Assembly (NCBI RefSeq): GCF_032191835.1
Contig: NC_083238.1
Location: forward strand, 32,178,001 to 32,242,000
Origin: Heteronotia binoei
Lineage: Eukaryota
Direction: 5' to 3'
Length of the DNA stretch: 64,000 nt
Of this stretch, positions 50,626 to 62,269 are shown piece by piece; the stretch's first letter is position 1, and the number at the start of each line of letters is the position of its first letter. A program made the translations under genes and the position numbers. The notes under the pieces were generated by a model. The model had not been told where the DNA came from and did not search any database. It saw only the letters and a list, made by a program, of their open reading frames with translations.

Positions 50626-53218
50626 AGATTACAGCAGTTCTATTCTGCTCAGAAGGCCAACTGCTCTGCTCAGTAAGGGGAAAATTAGACTAACATTGTT
50701 CCAGAGTATTAAAATTGGCATTGCTCACTACCAGACTGAAGTGACACGGACCAATATAGCAACTTGGGACTCTACTGCCTCATGCCACTGCTTAGGCAGG
50801 TCAGGTCAATGTGGTGCCCATCTATATTGCATTGTTTTTGTGGAAGTGAAGTTTCTAACATCCTCTGGATGAGGAGTCATGATCTCTTGGAGTGTTCAGT
50901 TGCCCAGGGAGGAAAATAGTCCCTCAGAGAAGGGAAAGTTGTTAGCCTGACTAAGATTGGCTAAGATCTACACACATGTTGACTGAAGGCTGAGAAGTCC
51001 TGTGACATAGCCCTCTGCAGATATGGAGCTGGATTTCGGTTCATGTGAAGCAGAAACCTACCGATTGACATATTGAGATAACCAGATTTGCACAATCACT
51101 GGGGTTCTTCTTCTTCTTCGTATGAATGGAAGCTGTACCCACATTGAAAATCCACATGTTGTTCCAAGAGAGCATTTCATTTTGGGCTGCTGTGTGTGTA
51201 TGTGGCAGCAGTGAAAAACAGACCCCTCTTTGCTGCTGTAGAAATTATAGGCAGGATCCAAGCCATTGCACTACCATTGCGCTAAATCAGGGGCGTCAAA
51301 CTCATAAGGGACGGATCTGACATAAATGGGACTTTGTCGGGCTGGGCCATGTGTGTCATAAAATGTAATGCCGGGTAGAGGAGATATGAACTTTATAAAG
51401 GATGCAGCCAAGCACAATTAAAGATACTATTTTTAAAAATTAAAATACAAACATGCTGAAAACAGTCTCTTGTGATGTTTTGTTTAACAGTCTTTGTTGT
51501 CTGACATCTCCCAAACCTTCCACCTGCCCTTAAAAGATTTTTTTTTCCCCGTGAGGTTTGAGATAATAATTTTGGTTGTCCTCTTCAGTATTTGTTATGC
51601 ATTGGAGCCCCACATTAGGAGGGATGGGTATTAAAACTAATATTCCTCTGCAAAACTGGAGTTCCTTGAGTTTGTAGAAATCTATATTGTAACTGTGGTT
51701 GAGTCCAAACCCGCCCCCCTCCCCATTAAAAGATGGCTGCCTAAAATTGAGAGGTGGGGGAATAGTGGGATTTGGCAATACAATTTTTAAAATAAAACAT
51801 CAAGAAAAAATACAAGGATGACATCAGAAAATTAAACATATACTTAAAATATTAAGTGTTCTGAGCCTAGGAATACATAAAATGGCTGAGCATTGCAAAC
51901 TTTTTCTCCCCACCCCGCATCTATTCACAGTGGCAGCGGCTCTCCAGGCAGGGTCTCAGTTTTTTAAAATGGGGTAGTTGAAAGCTCTTTGAAGATAAAG
52001 GGAGCCATGAATGCCAATTGACTTGCATGGACTCCACTGAAGTACATTGCAGAACAAAAAAAATTGCAAAGAAAATGTGGTATGGATTTTCTGTTAAGGT
52101 CTCTAGGGCCAGATAGACTAGTCTGGGAAAGGAAAATCCATTCTGCATTTTCTTTGCAACTTTTTTTTTGTTGCAAAGGAACCCAGCCAAGAGGATCTGG
52201 GAAGTTTGGCATCCCTGCCCTGTGCTTCATGTGTTCTGTGGCAGCTGGAGTTTGAGCTTGAGCTTGGAAGGGTAATGACAGGCAGGGTAGTGGTGGGGGA
52301 GGGGAAGAAGAGAGCCAGGGGCTGAATTAAAGCCCTTGGTGGAATGGTTCTGGCTCGCGGGCCATAGGTTTGACACCCCTGGACCAAATGTATTTGGCCT
52401 CATTCTCATGTGTGATAATCTGGTGAAATTATACCATTGCTTCTAATACATGACTCCAGCATGAACATGTGAGCACATTGGAGCCAAAGTTAAGCTCTTT
52501 ATGCCCTTGCAAGAGAATTAAACGTGCACATGAATGAAATTGACAAATTCAGTGGAAGACGTCATGATTTTTTTTGTGTTGGCTCTTGTGCTTTTAGAGT
52601 TTGCTGCCATTTCTTATCTCACTCACATTTCTTGAAATTGACCGTGTGTACCTTGTTGCCGTATAACACTGTGATACTAGGTAAATTGGGGTGGCTTTTA
52701 CATTAGTGTAAAACTATTATTTTTTATCATAGGACAATTTCAATTTAGCATCTGGATATTCAGTGGGTAAGCTGATTTACCATCTGGTAGCTTCTAATGA
52801 ATTACCTCTAGCACTAAGCTTGCAGCTATCTCTTAAACAAAGCAATTACTTCTTTGTGTCGCAACCAAGGGGCATAGCTTCATATATGTACAAGCTTTGT
52901 GTGATTAACCTAGATGTTTGGATTTTTGTTTTCCAGGCCTTTTGATGATTCATGTATTACAGCTCAGTTACAAACAATACATAGTTGAAATTCTAGCCTG
53001 AATTTACAAGCCTTTTCTTAACACTATATCTAATAGCCAAATCCAACCCCCCCCCCCCCCCCATTCATACAAAAGACCCAGCCATGGTGCTGTTATGACT
53101 TTGCACACCTGTGAGTGCTCCAGAAAAGTTCTGCAGGAAAAAAAATTAGTTTACAAACCTCTCCCCCCGCTCAAAACCTAATATTCAGGTAACCCCCCAA
53201 ATTAATAGTGACATCTAT

Positions 53219-53725
53219 TAGAAATAGGCATGATCCAGGGAAAATGGTGGTTTGTTTCATTTTCTGATGTGTTTGATTTCTGACCCAGTTTGTGTTTCAT
53301 TGATTTGTTTGGTTTGGGAGGTGTAAAACTCATTGGAAGTCTTCAGGAGGCTCTCCTCCACCCAACCCTCCAAGTCTGGCGAAGATTGGTTTTGGAATGT
53401 CCGAGTTATAGCCCCCCCAAATCAGGTACTCCCAGGAAAGCTCAGTTTCAGCTCTCGTGACAACTTCAGCTCTCTTCATGCTGCAGAATGCAAGCTCCGT
53501 GATTGGCTCTCAGAGTTTCCAATCAAGCTGCTCTGGGTGTTTCTAGGGCTCCCAGAAGTCCACCCCTAATGTTGCTTGTACCGGAATGAATCAGCATTAG
53601 GCGGTCTACGAAAACAAACTGCAAAACTGAACCAAGCGAAGCATTAAGGTAGGGACCAGTTCACAACTAACCACGAATCAGCCCAATTCATGCACAATTT
53701 GTGGTTCGGTTCATGCCCATGTCTA
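53219..53725. mobile_element. hAT MITE (TAGACATGGGCA-type TIR)
   Basis: Degenerate left TIR tagaaataggcatga, right tcatgcccatgtcta; TSD acatctat/atatctat. Confidence 0.65.
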
Positions 53726-53829
53726 ATATCTATGCATGTGCAGACATTGCCAGAGCGCAAGCACTGCATGCCTGAGTTCTGATGATATTTTCAATATGTT
53801 TTGTGAAGTGGTCATAGCAAGCCTCCGAT

Positions 53830-54185
53830 GGATGACGTAAGAACATAAGGAGAACCCTGCTATATCAGTCCAGTGATCCATCTAGTCCAGCATCCTGTCT
53901 CACCCAATGGCCAGTCAGTTCCTCTGGATGGCCAGCAACAGAGAGGCTGAGACCTTCCCATGATGTTGCCTCATGGCTCTAGGGTTCAAAGGATAAGTGC
54001 CTCTGAAAGTGGAGGTTCCCCTCAGTCACAATGGTTAGTAGCCATTGATAGACTAAGCCTCCATGAATCTATCTAACCCCCCTTTAAAGCCATCTATTCC
54101 TGTGGCCATCACTACATCATCTGGCAGTGAATGCCACGTTTTAATCACTCTCTGCATAAAGTAGTATTTCCTCTCTTGCAGCGCA
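53830..54185 (-). mobile_element. CR1 3' fragment
   Basis: Starts aagaacataagg...gatccatctagtccagcatcc, the reverse of a CR1 tail. Confidence 0.7.
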
Positions 54186-54479
54186 GCCCAGATGCTTGGC
54201 TATATCAGCCATGGAGACCACAGTGGCAGAGAAACAATATAAACAGTGAGGAAAGCAATGAAGACTACCCCAAATTCATGAGCTTTATAATGGTGACCCC
54301 TTTGTGAAAAAGGCTTCCTGCTCAAGCAGTGGGAGAACATTTCGATCTTCCAGGTTATTCCGTTGCTGCTGATTTAAAATTGGCAGTCCTCAAACAGAGA
54401 AGCTTCAAAGGGAGATTGCAATATGAGATTGATGAATTTGAGTTTGTTCATAAGTTCAGAACAATGGACCCCCCCCCCC

Positions 54480-54765
54480 CTGCAGGGCTGAATAGAGACA
54501 ACATAGTATGCTGATGACACCCAACTATATCTGGTGATGAGCAGCTGGCTCAGCGTCACCCTGGTTAGTCTAGCCAAGCAATAGATAGATTTTAAGATAA
54601 TTACTCCCCTCTGGGATTTTATGTCATTGAATTGTTTGAATGTGTTGCTTTGTTTTATCCTATTTATGGAATTACTAATATCTGTTTTATGTTGTTACCC
54701 GCCCTGAGCCCTGCTTGCAGTGGAGGATGGGCTATAAATTAAATGAGTGAAAAAAATAAATAAAC
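54480..54765 (+). mobile_element. Internally deleted L2 fragment
   Basis: tatgctgatgacacccaactatat (YADDTQLY) followed within ~100 bp by the L2 3' UTR ...ttacccgccctgagcc...ggctataaat. Confidence 0.65.
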
Positions 54766-54894
54766 AGGATTCTTATCTCACTATATATGCTAATTTTCTG
54801 CCCTCAAGTATTGCCCTCTACTCTAATCCAGATAATTACTATGTATATTGTACCTTTGTATCCTGAGTTTCTTCTTTGCAACATCCCTCCCACC

Positions 54895-55015
54895 TTCAGA
54901 CTGGGATATAAAGACTCTCCATTTTGACATATGTCCGAAGAAGGGAGCTTCGACTCTTGAAAGCTCATATCCCCAAAATCTTGTTGGTCTCTAAGGTGCT
55001 ACTGAACTTAAATCG
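54895..55015 (+). mobile_element. Penelope-like terminal repeat fragment (second family) with hammerhead-core relic
   Basis: ccgaagaagggagcttcgactcttgaaagctcata..aaatcttgttggtctctaaggtgctactg. Confidence 0.6.
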
Positions 55016-55039
55016 AATTGCTCAAGTGGTACATCTCAT

Positions 55040-57560
55040 GCCTTCTTGCTTGACAGATTGCACCCAAAGAGTGCTTGTGAATGGTTCCACATCCTCTTGG
55101 AGAGGAGTGAAAAGTAGAGTGCCTCAAGGATCTGCCCTGGGGTGTGTTTTGTTCTACATCTTTATAAACGATTTGGATGAAGGAATGGAGGGAATGCTTA
55201 TTAAATTTGCAGATGATACTAAATTGGGAGGTTTCGTAAATAAAGCAAATGACAGAGGCAGGATACAGGATGATCTTATTTTTAAAGTTTTTAAATCTTC
55301 TGAAATGGCGGTCGCGATTTTTTACTTTTCCTTACAATTTTTCTCCCCTTTTAAAAACATCCAAGGTCCACACAAATAATATGACCAATAGTATTTAACT
55401 TCTTACCCTCTTCTCAGTTAACTCCAATAATTTTTAATTTCCCGAATCCTTTAAAAACATTGTTTTTATTTTGACCTCCCAGCAATGGCCGCCAATGTTT
55501 CTCAATGGTAGTAAATTCCTAGAGTAGGTTTTCCTTCCACTACTTCCTGCTTTTGTTGCCACGAAGTCTCATTCACACTGGTAAGGAGATCTCACAATAC
55601 TTGACGTACTTCCTGTCTTGCTTGAATGTGCTGCAGGTCTGTGACGATGGTGCTCTTTTTTCAAAAACGCAAGTAGACTAAACAATAAATTCCTTTCCAC
55701 TTTTTAGCACTTTTTAACACTGTCTTTTATATTTATAAAGTCCAAATTTCACCTCTTCCTCCCCTCTTCTTCCAGACTTTCTAAATTTTCCTTTTCCGCC
55801 TTTAAAATTTATTCCATTAAGCTGTAAATAATTCCAGAATGAAATATAGTAATTTGTACCTTCTCTTCCAATTATCTAAGTTCCCACCAGTCTTGCAAAG
55901 CTTTAGATGTTTAGCAATGTCCAAGAAGGTTAGGCTCCTGTCGAGCTTATGTCAAATAAATGACTCTGAAAACTTCTGTAGATGATGAAAATGCAACTCT
56001 TCCTGGAGACCCCTCAAAGCCTCAAAGGAGCCCCCCCCCCCGGGACTCCCTTTTAGCCAAGGTAAATCTCCTCAAAGTTTCCCGTGCATATCTTGGACTA
56101 ATCTCTGACTGAGAAAAGTAGGCAGTAGGCATTAAATTGCCTTCCACTACCCCGAACAGAAGTTCCAGCCTGCTCCCGTTATGAGAAGCAGCTCAGCTCG
56201 ACATTTTCCTCCCCCGGAAGACAGGATACAGGATGATCTTGATAGGCTGGAAAACTGGGCTAAGACAAATAAAATGAATTTTAATAGGGATAAATGTAAA
56301 GTTCTGCATCTAGGTAGGAAAAATCCAATGCATCATTATAAGATGGGGAGACTTGTCTTGGCAGTAGTTTGTGCAAAAAGGTTCTAGGCAGGGGTTGTTT
56401 TGTAGAAAAATAGGTGGTGGATCTCATCCATGGATTGTTATGTAGCTGCACCTACTATTCAATCGACAAAGTAGGTGGAGAGGAGGAGGGGGGCATCAGA
56501 AAAGTTCAGGAGCTGTGTTCCTGTGAGCTCGTGCTAAATTCAAGGCCTGGATCTAGGGATCTTAGTGAACCATACACTGAACATGAGTCAGTGTGATGCA
56601 GTGACTAAAAAGGCAAATTCAATTTTGGACTGCATCAGCAGAAGTATAGTGTCGAGATCATGTGAAGTGATGGTATTGCTTTACCCTGCTCTGGTTAGAC
56701 CTCACCTAGAGTATTGTGTTCAGTTTTGTGCACCACAATTTAAGAAAGATATGGCCAAGTTGGAACGTGTCCAGAAGCAAAGAAGATGATGAGGGGTCTG
56801 CAGACCAAGTTCTATGAGGAAAGAAGAAGATATTGGATTTATATCCCGCCCTACATTCTGAGTCTCAGAGTGGTCACAGTCTCTTTACCTCCCTCCCCCC
56901 CGCCCCAAACAGACACCCTGTGAGGTAGGTGAGGCTGAGAGAGCTCTTGCAGCAGCTGCCCTTTCAAGGACAACTCCTATGAGAGCTATGGCTGACCCAT
57001 AGGCGAGGAGGATGGGATACAAATGGAATAAAATAAATAAATAAATGGCCATTCCAGCAGCTGCAACTGGAGGAGTGGGGAATTAAACCCGGTTCTTCCA
57101 GATAAGAGTCTGCACACTTAACCACTACACCAAACTGGTTCTGGAAACTGGAAAGGTTGAAGGAGCCTTAAGAGGAGATGATTGAGAGGTGATATGATCA
57201 CCATCATTGAATACTTGAAGGGCTGTCAAGTTGTTTTCTGTGGCCCCAGATGATCGGACCAGAATCAACAGGCTGAAATTAAATCAAAGAGGTTTTGGCT
57301 AAACATCAGGAAGAACTTCCTGACTGAATAATTCCTCAGTGGAACAGACTTCATTGGGAGGTGGTGGGCTCTCCTTCCTTGCAGGTTTTAAAACAGAAGC
57401 TAGATGGCCATCTGACAGCAATGCTGATTCTGTGAATTAGGCAGATTATGAGAAGGTCAGGAAGGGGTTGTGGGGAGAGGTATTTGTGAAGTTCCTGCAT
57501 TGTGCAGGGGGTTGGACGAGATGACTCTGGAGATTCCTTCCAACTCTGATTCTGCAATTC
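55040..57560 (+). mobile_element. CR1 LINE (RT C-half to 3' end) split by three insertions
   Basis: [33 protein letters not shown], resuming RIQDDLDRLENWA..MNFNRDKCKVLHLG and RPHLEYCVQF. Contains 55278-56221, hAT MITE 56389-56549 (TSD gttctagg/gatctagg) and a Squam3-like SINE 56821-57143 (-). Confidence 0.92.
55278..56221 (-). mobile_element. 944-bp TSD-flanked retro-insertion resembling an L1 5' UTR only
   Basis: Perfect 19-bp TSD caggatacaggatgatctt (55259-55277, 56222-56240); A-rich minus strand starting tcttccgggggaggaaaatgtcg; no ORF. Confidence 0.6.
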
Positions 57561-57875
57561 CAGCCCTCAAGCCATGGCCTGGTGGGACCAAGTAAAGACT
57601 GTAACTGCTGTGTAGCTGTGTATTGTATGGTTATACACTTAATGGTTTGCTTTCAGATGAGTTGACTCATACCTGGTATTTCTAAACATATGTTCTATAA
57701 AATATGCACAGAATGCACACACTCTGCCTTTGTACAAATTGCATGGACATATTCCAAAGAAGTGTACTCTTGCCCATATATTGATCCATCCCAAATCCTG
57801 TCATGTTTAAGGCCAAGCCTCGTGTTTACCAAACACAAGCCTCCAGAATACACAAACACAGTTGTTAACAAATGT

Positions 57876-58685
57876 TGTGTTCAGAGCAGAGCCTGAGGTT
57901 TTTTCTCTACCCAGGATTCTGGGTTGCATACATGTAATCACAATCAACTACACCAAAGTCAAGAGACAAGAGCAGAGTCAACAAACCAGCGCAGACTCAG
58001 GGAGCCGAAGGTTCTGTTCAAACATAAAGGTTTGGAGAACAGGATTCAAAGCTTGGAAGCCAGGACAGGAGGCTCTGGTTTTCTAGCAGAAAAGCAAACA
58101 CAGGTTAGCAAGATAGGGTGCAAGGCAGCAAGCAAATCAGTACTCTGTTTGCTGAGAGAATCAGGACACAAAGAGGTGGCGGGCAAAGTTGCTTCCACCA
58201 TGAGTTCCATTCCATGTGCTCATTTTGTCAGCCTAATTAGCTGACTCACCCCTGAAGCGCAGGTATTACTTTTCTCCATCTTGTCATTCCTGCTCCTGAA
58301 ATGACTCTGCTTCAGCACCTAGTACTGATAAAAGTAAAGGTAGTCCCCTGTGCAAGCACCAGTCATTTCTAACTCTGGGGTGACTTCGCATCACAATGTT
58401 TTCACGGCAGACTTTTTATGGGGTGGTTTGCCATTGCCTTCCCCAGTCTTCTTCACTTTCCCCCCAAGCAAGCTGGGTGCTCATTTTACCGACCTCGGAA
58501 GGATGGAAGGCTGAGTCCACCATGAGCTGGCTACCTGAATCCAGCTTCCTTCAGGATCGAACTCAGGTCGTGAGCAGAGCTTGAACTGCAGTACTGCAGC
58601 TTTACCACTCTGTGCCACAGGGCTCTTACCTAGTGCTGATAGTGTTGTGCAGTAAACACACTCCTTCATCTCTCCCGGGCTGACA
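57876..58685. mobile_element. Probable solo LTR interrupted by a Sauria SINE
   Basis: TG...CA ends with near-TSD aatgt/aatgc; ~500 bp once the SINE is removed. Confidence 0.45.
58331..58628 (-). mobile_element. Sauria SINE
   Basis: Full family sequence; 13-bp TSD cctagtactgata/cctagtgctgata. Confidence 0.9.
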
Positions 58686-59789
58686 AATGCTCCTGTCGTC
58701 TCCTGTGCTTAGCTGGTTCAGGAGACACTGATGGTGAGTGAACTCTGTTCTTTCTCTTTTGTTGCCTGCTAGAATGAGCAACTTTTGTTTTGTGATGCTT
58801 CTTTGGCTGGCTCTGCCAGATGCTCAGGTAGGCGCCCCACCAATGTGGGGCCTGATTCTTCCATTCCCTCATCCGAGGAGGAGGAGGCAGCTGACTGGCT
58901 CGTGACAAATCCTATTTAAAGCACGCAAAACATTAAGTAGAACCAGGTATCAGTTTCACTGAATGAAATTCACTGAATCTCATAAATAAGAATTTAGGTT
59001 CATAAAGGCATTTAACATTTCCTGCCAGATATTATTACACCAACTGAGCCTGCTATATTGTAACAGGCTTCTGAGATTACTCTAATGTGCTATTTAGCAA
59101 GTGATTATTAAACATTTCCTTGAAAGGTACAGTTAAAGGGATTCATATGATTCTCGAACAGCGAACTCTTTTCAGGATAATTTACTGAGGTCACAAAGAC
59201 AGTTAAGTTGGTTCCATTTAAAAATTTACTTTCCAAACCAGTATTGACTTTCATTGGTGTGGCTGTTTCAGTGATATCCGGTCTATCCTCATGTTTACAA
59301 ATCAGTTGACAGTTGGTCTGGAAACGCATCTCTGAGAATGTCAAGAGAGCCTCACTAACAGCATGTGTCATGGCCTGAGGCAACCGAGGGAGGCCATTTT
59401 ACCGGATTCCTCCTCATTACTGCCCATTCTGTGGCACATTTTGTTTTCAAAGCTCTTCTGCTCCTCAGAGAAGAGGTTCTGGACCAACAGTCAGCTGTTT
59501 GAGGAAGGAGAAGATAAGGAAGATTAGCTTCATGAACTCCTTCCATGAATTCTTCCACTGGATCCAACCAAGTGGTTTGATTTGTGATTGTTGTCTTTTA
59601 GGATCATCATTGTATTCTGGCCTGTTGCTTCCTGATTTATTTACCACTCACTTATTTTTGACTGCTATTGAGTCCAAGCATCATCCATGAAACGACAATG
59701 TTACGTTGTATTCAAAGACTGTGATTTTTTTTGGGGGGGAGGGGACTTGACCATCAAGTCCCAGCTAGGGTTGCTAATCCCCAGTTTGG

Positions 59790-60969
59790 CAGGGTAAATA
59801 GGTAAAAACCTCCGCGAAGACCAGCCTCCTATCTCATACAAAATGTCAATTTTACTTATAAATAGGCATCATGTCAAAAATTCACAGTAATGCAAGCAAA
59901 GGAACATATGCAGCCCCACCCATAGTCATTTAAAATGGAAGTCCATGTCCACAATATTCCAGCAACACGGTGAAGGTTCTGATTCCAACGATGTGAGACC
60001 GATTCCACGGAGACCGATGCTCCTATGTTCTATTGCACAGCTAGGCAGTAGTACTTTCCTCCACGTTTCGCTGTTCGCTTCTACAAGCTGTACATAAAAG
60101 TAAAAATAATACAAAATAACTTTAGCTCAGCACCATGGGACAGAATAATAGAGGTAGAAGATCATACCTTTTCCAAAGAGTTTTTTTCACCAATTAAATG
60201 CTGCTGCTTCAGATAGCTTTATGGTCTGTTTCCTCCCATCCTCTCTAATACATCCACTCATAAGTCCCCAGGTGCATGTAATTAAGTAGTTCCTTAAAGT
60301 TACAGCTTACTAACATACTCTTTTCAGGGTACATTATAACTTATAAACACAAGCAATCATTATAAATAACAAGAAAGATCCCATTCATAGTTCAAACCGC
60401 ACGGTGCAAAGGTGCGTAGTAGAAATATCCATTTCATTTCATGTTTTAGCAGCTACTTTGTGACATCGACCTTGCCTTGTAATCTCGGGGGGCGGGGGGG
60501 AACCGCTGCACTGCAAAAAATCTCAATGTGTTCGGATCATGTTGGAGGTCCCTAACACATTGAGATTGAGTGCTGAGCTGAAGTTATTTTGTATGGTTAA
60601 ATATTTTTACTTTTATGTACAGCTTGTAGAAGCGAACTGCGAAATGTGGGGGAAAGTACTACTGCGTCGTGTATCACTTTATGCCTAGCTGTGCAATAGA
60701 ACATAGGAGCATCGGTCTCCGTGGAGAATCACATCGTTGGAATCAGAACCTTCATCGTGTTGCTGGAATATTGTGGACATGGACTTCCATTTTAAATGAC
60801 TATGGGTGGGGTTGCATATGTTCCTTTGCTTGCATTACTGTGAATTTTTGACATGATGCCTATTTATAAATAAAATTGACATTTTGTATGAGATAGGAGG
60901 CTGGTCTTCACGGAGGTTTTTACCTATTTTCCCTGCTCTACTATTCGCGTTGCTCTTTTTGTGTTGCAC
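59790..60969. mobile_element. Unclassified long inverted-repeat element (1180 bp)
   Basis: Arms 59790-60133 and 60570-60935 are reverse complements; 14-bp TSD aatccccagtttgg. Confidence 0.85.
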
Positions 60970-61078
60970 AATCCCCAGTTTGGGGTAGGGGATCCCCTAG
61001 CTTACAGCCCCTTCCCCTGCTTCAGGGTTATCAGAAAGTGGCGGTGGGGGTGAATGTCTGCTGGGCACTCAATTATAC

Positions 61079-61395
61079 ACCATACCAAACCTTTAATGGC
61101 ATAATAGATTCAGATAAAAATACACAGAATATAAAAATTTAAGCATTGGAGATAAAATCAAGATAAAACCGAGCTTACAGATGCATTCAAACATGGTCAG
61201 AATTAAATTTAAGGATGTCAGCCAGAAATTTTGCCACAGCCTCACTAACCACCCCCTCAATATCACTCAATAAATAATAACAGGGTGGCAGAATAGACAA
61301 ATCTGGAGAAAAAGAAAGCTTGCCAAATAAATCTTTACGGAGGTTATGGTATAAAGAACAATCAAGCAATATATGCTGGATTGAGTCAGGGGTAT
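61079..61395 (-). mobile_element. LINE 3' fragment, same group as 16916-18092
   Basis: ..DSIQHILLDCSLY..VAKFL..; tail tatgccattaaaggt; 13-bp TSD cactcaattatac. Confidence 0.85.
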
Positions 61396-62269
61396 CACTC
61401 AATTATACTCTATGGAGACTGGTCCCCATAGGGTATAATGGAGAATCAATCTGTGGGTGTCTGGGGGCTCTGGAGGAGCTGTTTTCTAAGGTTGAGACAC
61501 AAAATTTTCAGCATAGTATCAACCCCCTCCTCAAGTTTCAAAAAGATTGGACCAGGGTGTCCAATTCTATGAGCCCCCAAAATAGGTGCCCCTATCCTTC
61601 ACCATTTCCAACAAAGAGAAAGCATTTAAAAGGAGGGCGGTCCATTTAAACGTGATGGCTAGAACTCCCTTTGGAGTTCAATCATGCTTGTCACAACCTT
61701 GCTCCTGGCTCCACCCCGAAGTCCCCAGATATTTCCTGAGTCTGATCTGGCAATCCTAGTCACAGCCGATTTATGGTGATCCTGTAGGGTTTTCAAGGCA
61801 AGAAGTGTATAGCACCCCTGGTATTCCATGGTGGTCAACCCTGATTAGCTCGGCGATCTGACAAGACGGGGCTAGCGTGGGCTAGCCAATATGATTGGCG
61901 GTTATGTTGCGCAAAACAAATGCAGGCAGACCTCTGGAAGGTGTGTTGGAAAATGAGAAGTAATTTACAGATTATTATTCTTGTATTTATAGTTGTTTCC
62001 CACCTGTGTGTTCTGATTGTGTCAGGAGTTAGGTGAGTGCAACCATAAAGAGGGTTACACCTGTCTATGTCCACTGAATTGAGAAGGATTAGAAGGGAAT
62101 AACTTCATTCAGGATTGCACTGCGAACACCCTACTAAAATGGGAGTGGGGGGGAGGCAGTGAAATTATAGACTTGTCAGATGTTACAGTCATCCATACTG
62201 GAGCCCGCTAATTGTGTGTAATGGGAGCATAGACTACCTATCATCTTTCTGATATGCATGATCACTACA

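Larger units (their letters stand above)
59766..61758. mobile_element. hAT MITE (TAGGGTTGC TIR, same family as 3313-3808) carrying two younger inserts
   Basis: tagggttgc / gcaatccta; TSD gtcccagc/gtcacagc; ~470 bp after removing the inserts. Confidence 0.85.
59742..61900 (-). mobile_element. 5S-type SINE remnant split by a hAT MITE
   Basis: ttgaccatcaagtc|...|gtcacagccgatttatggtgatcctgtagggttttcaaggcaagaag...gatctgacaagacgggg. Confidence 0.55.

Noticed and set aside
59100-59700. Overlapping minus-strand ORFs in repeat-free DNA, including a WW-like TNQTTWLDP
   Set aside because: There is an in-frame stop just upstream, no first WW tryptophan, no good splice acceptor, and the ORFs are short.
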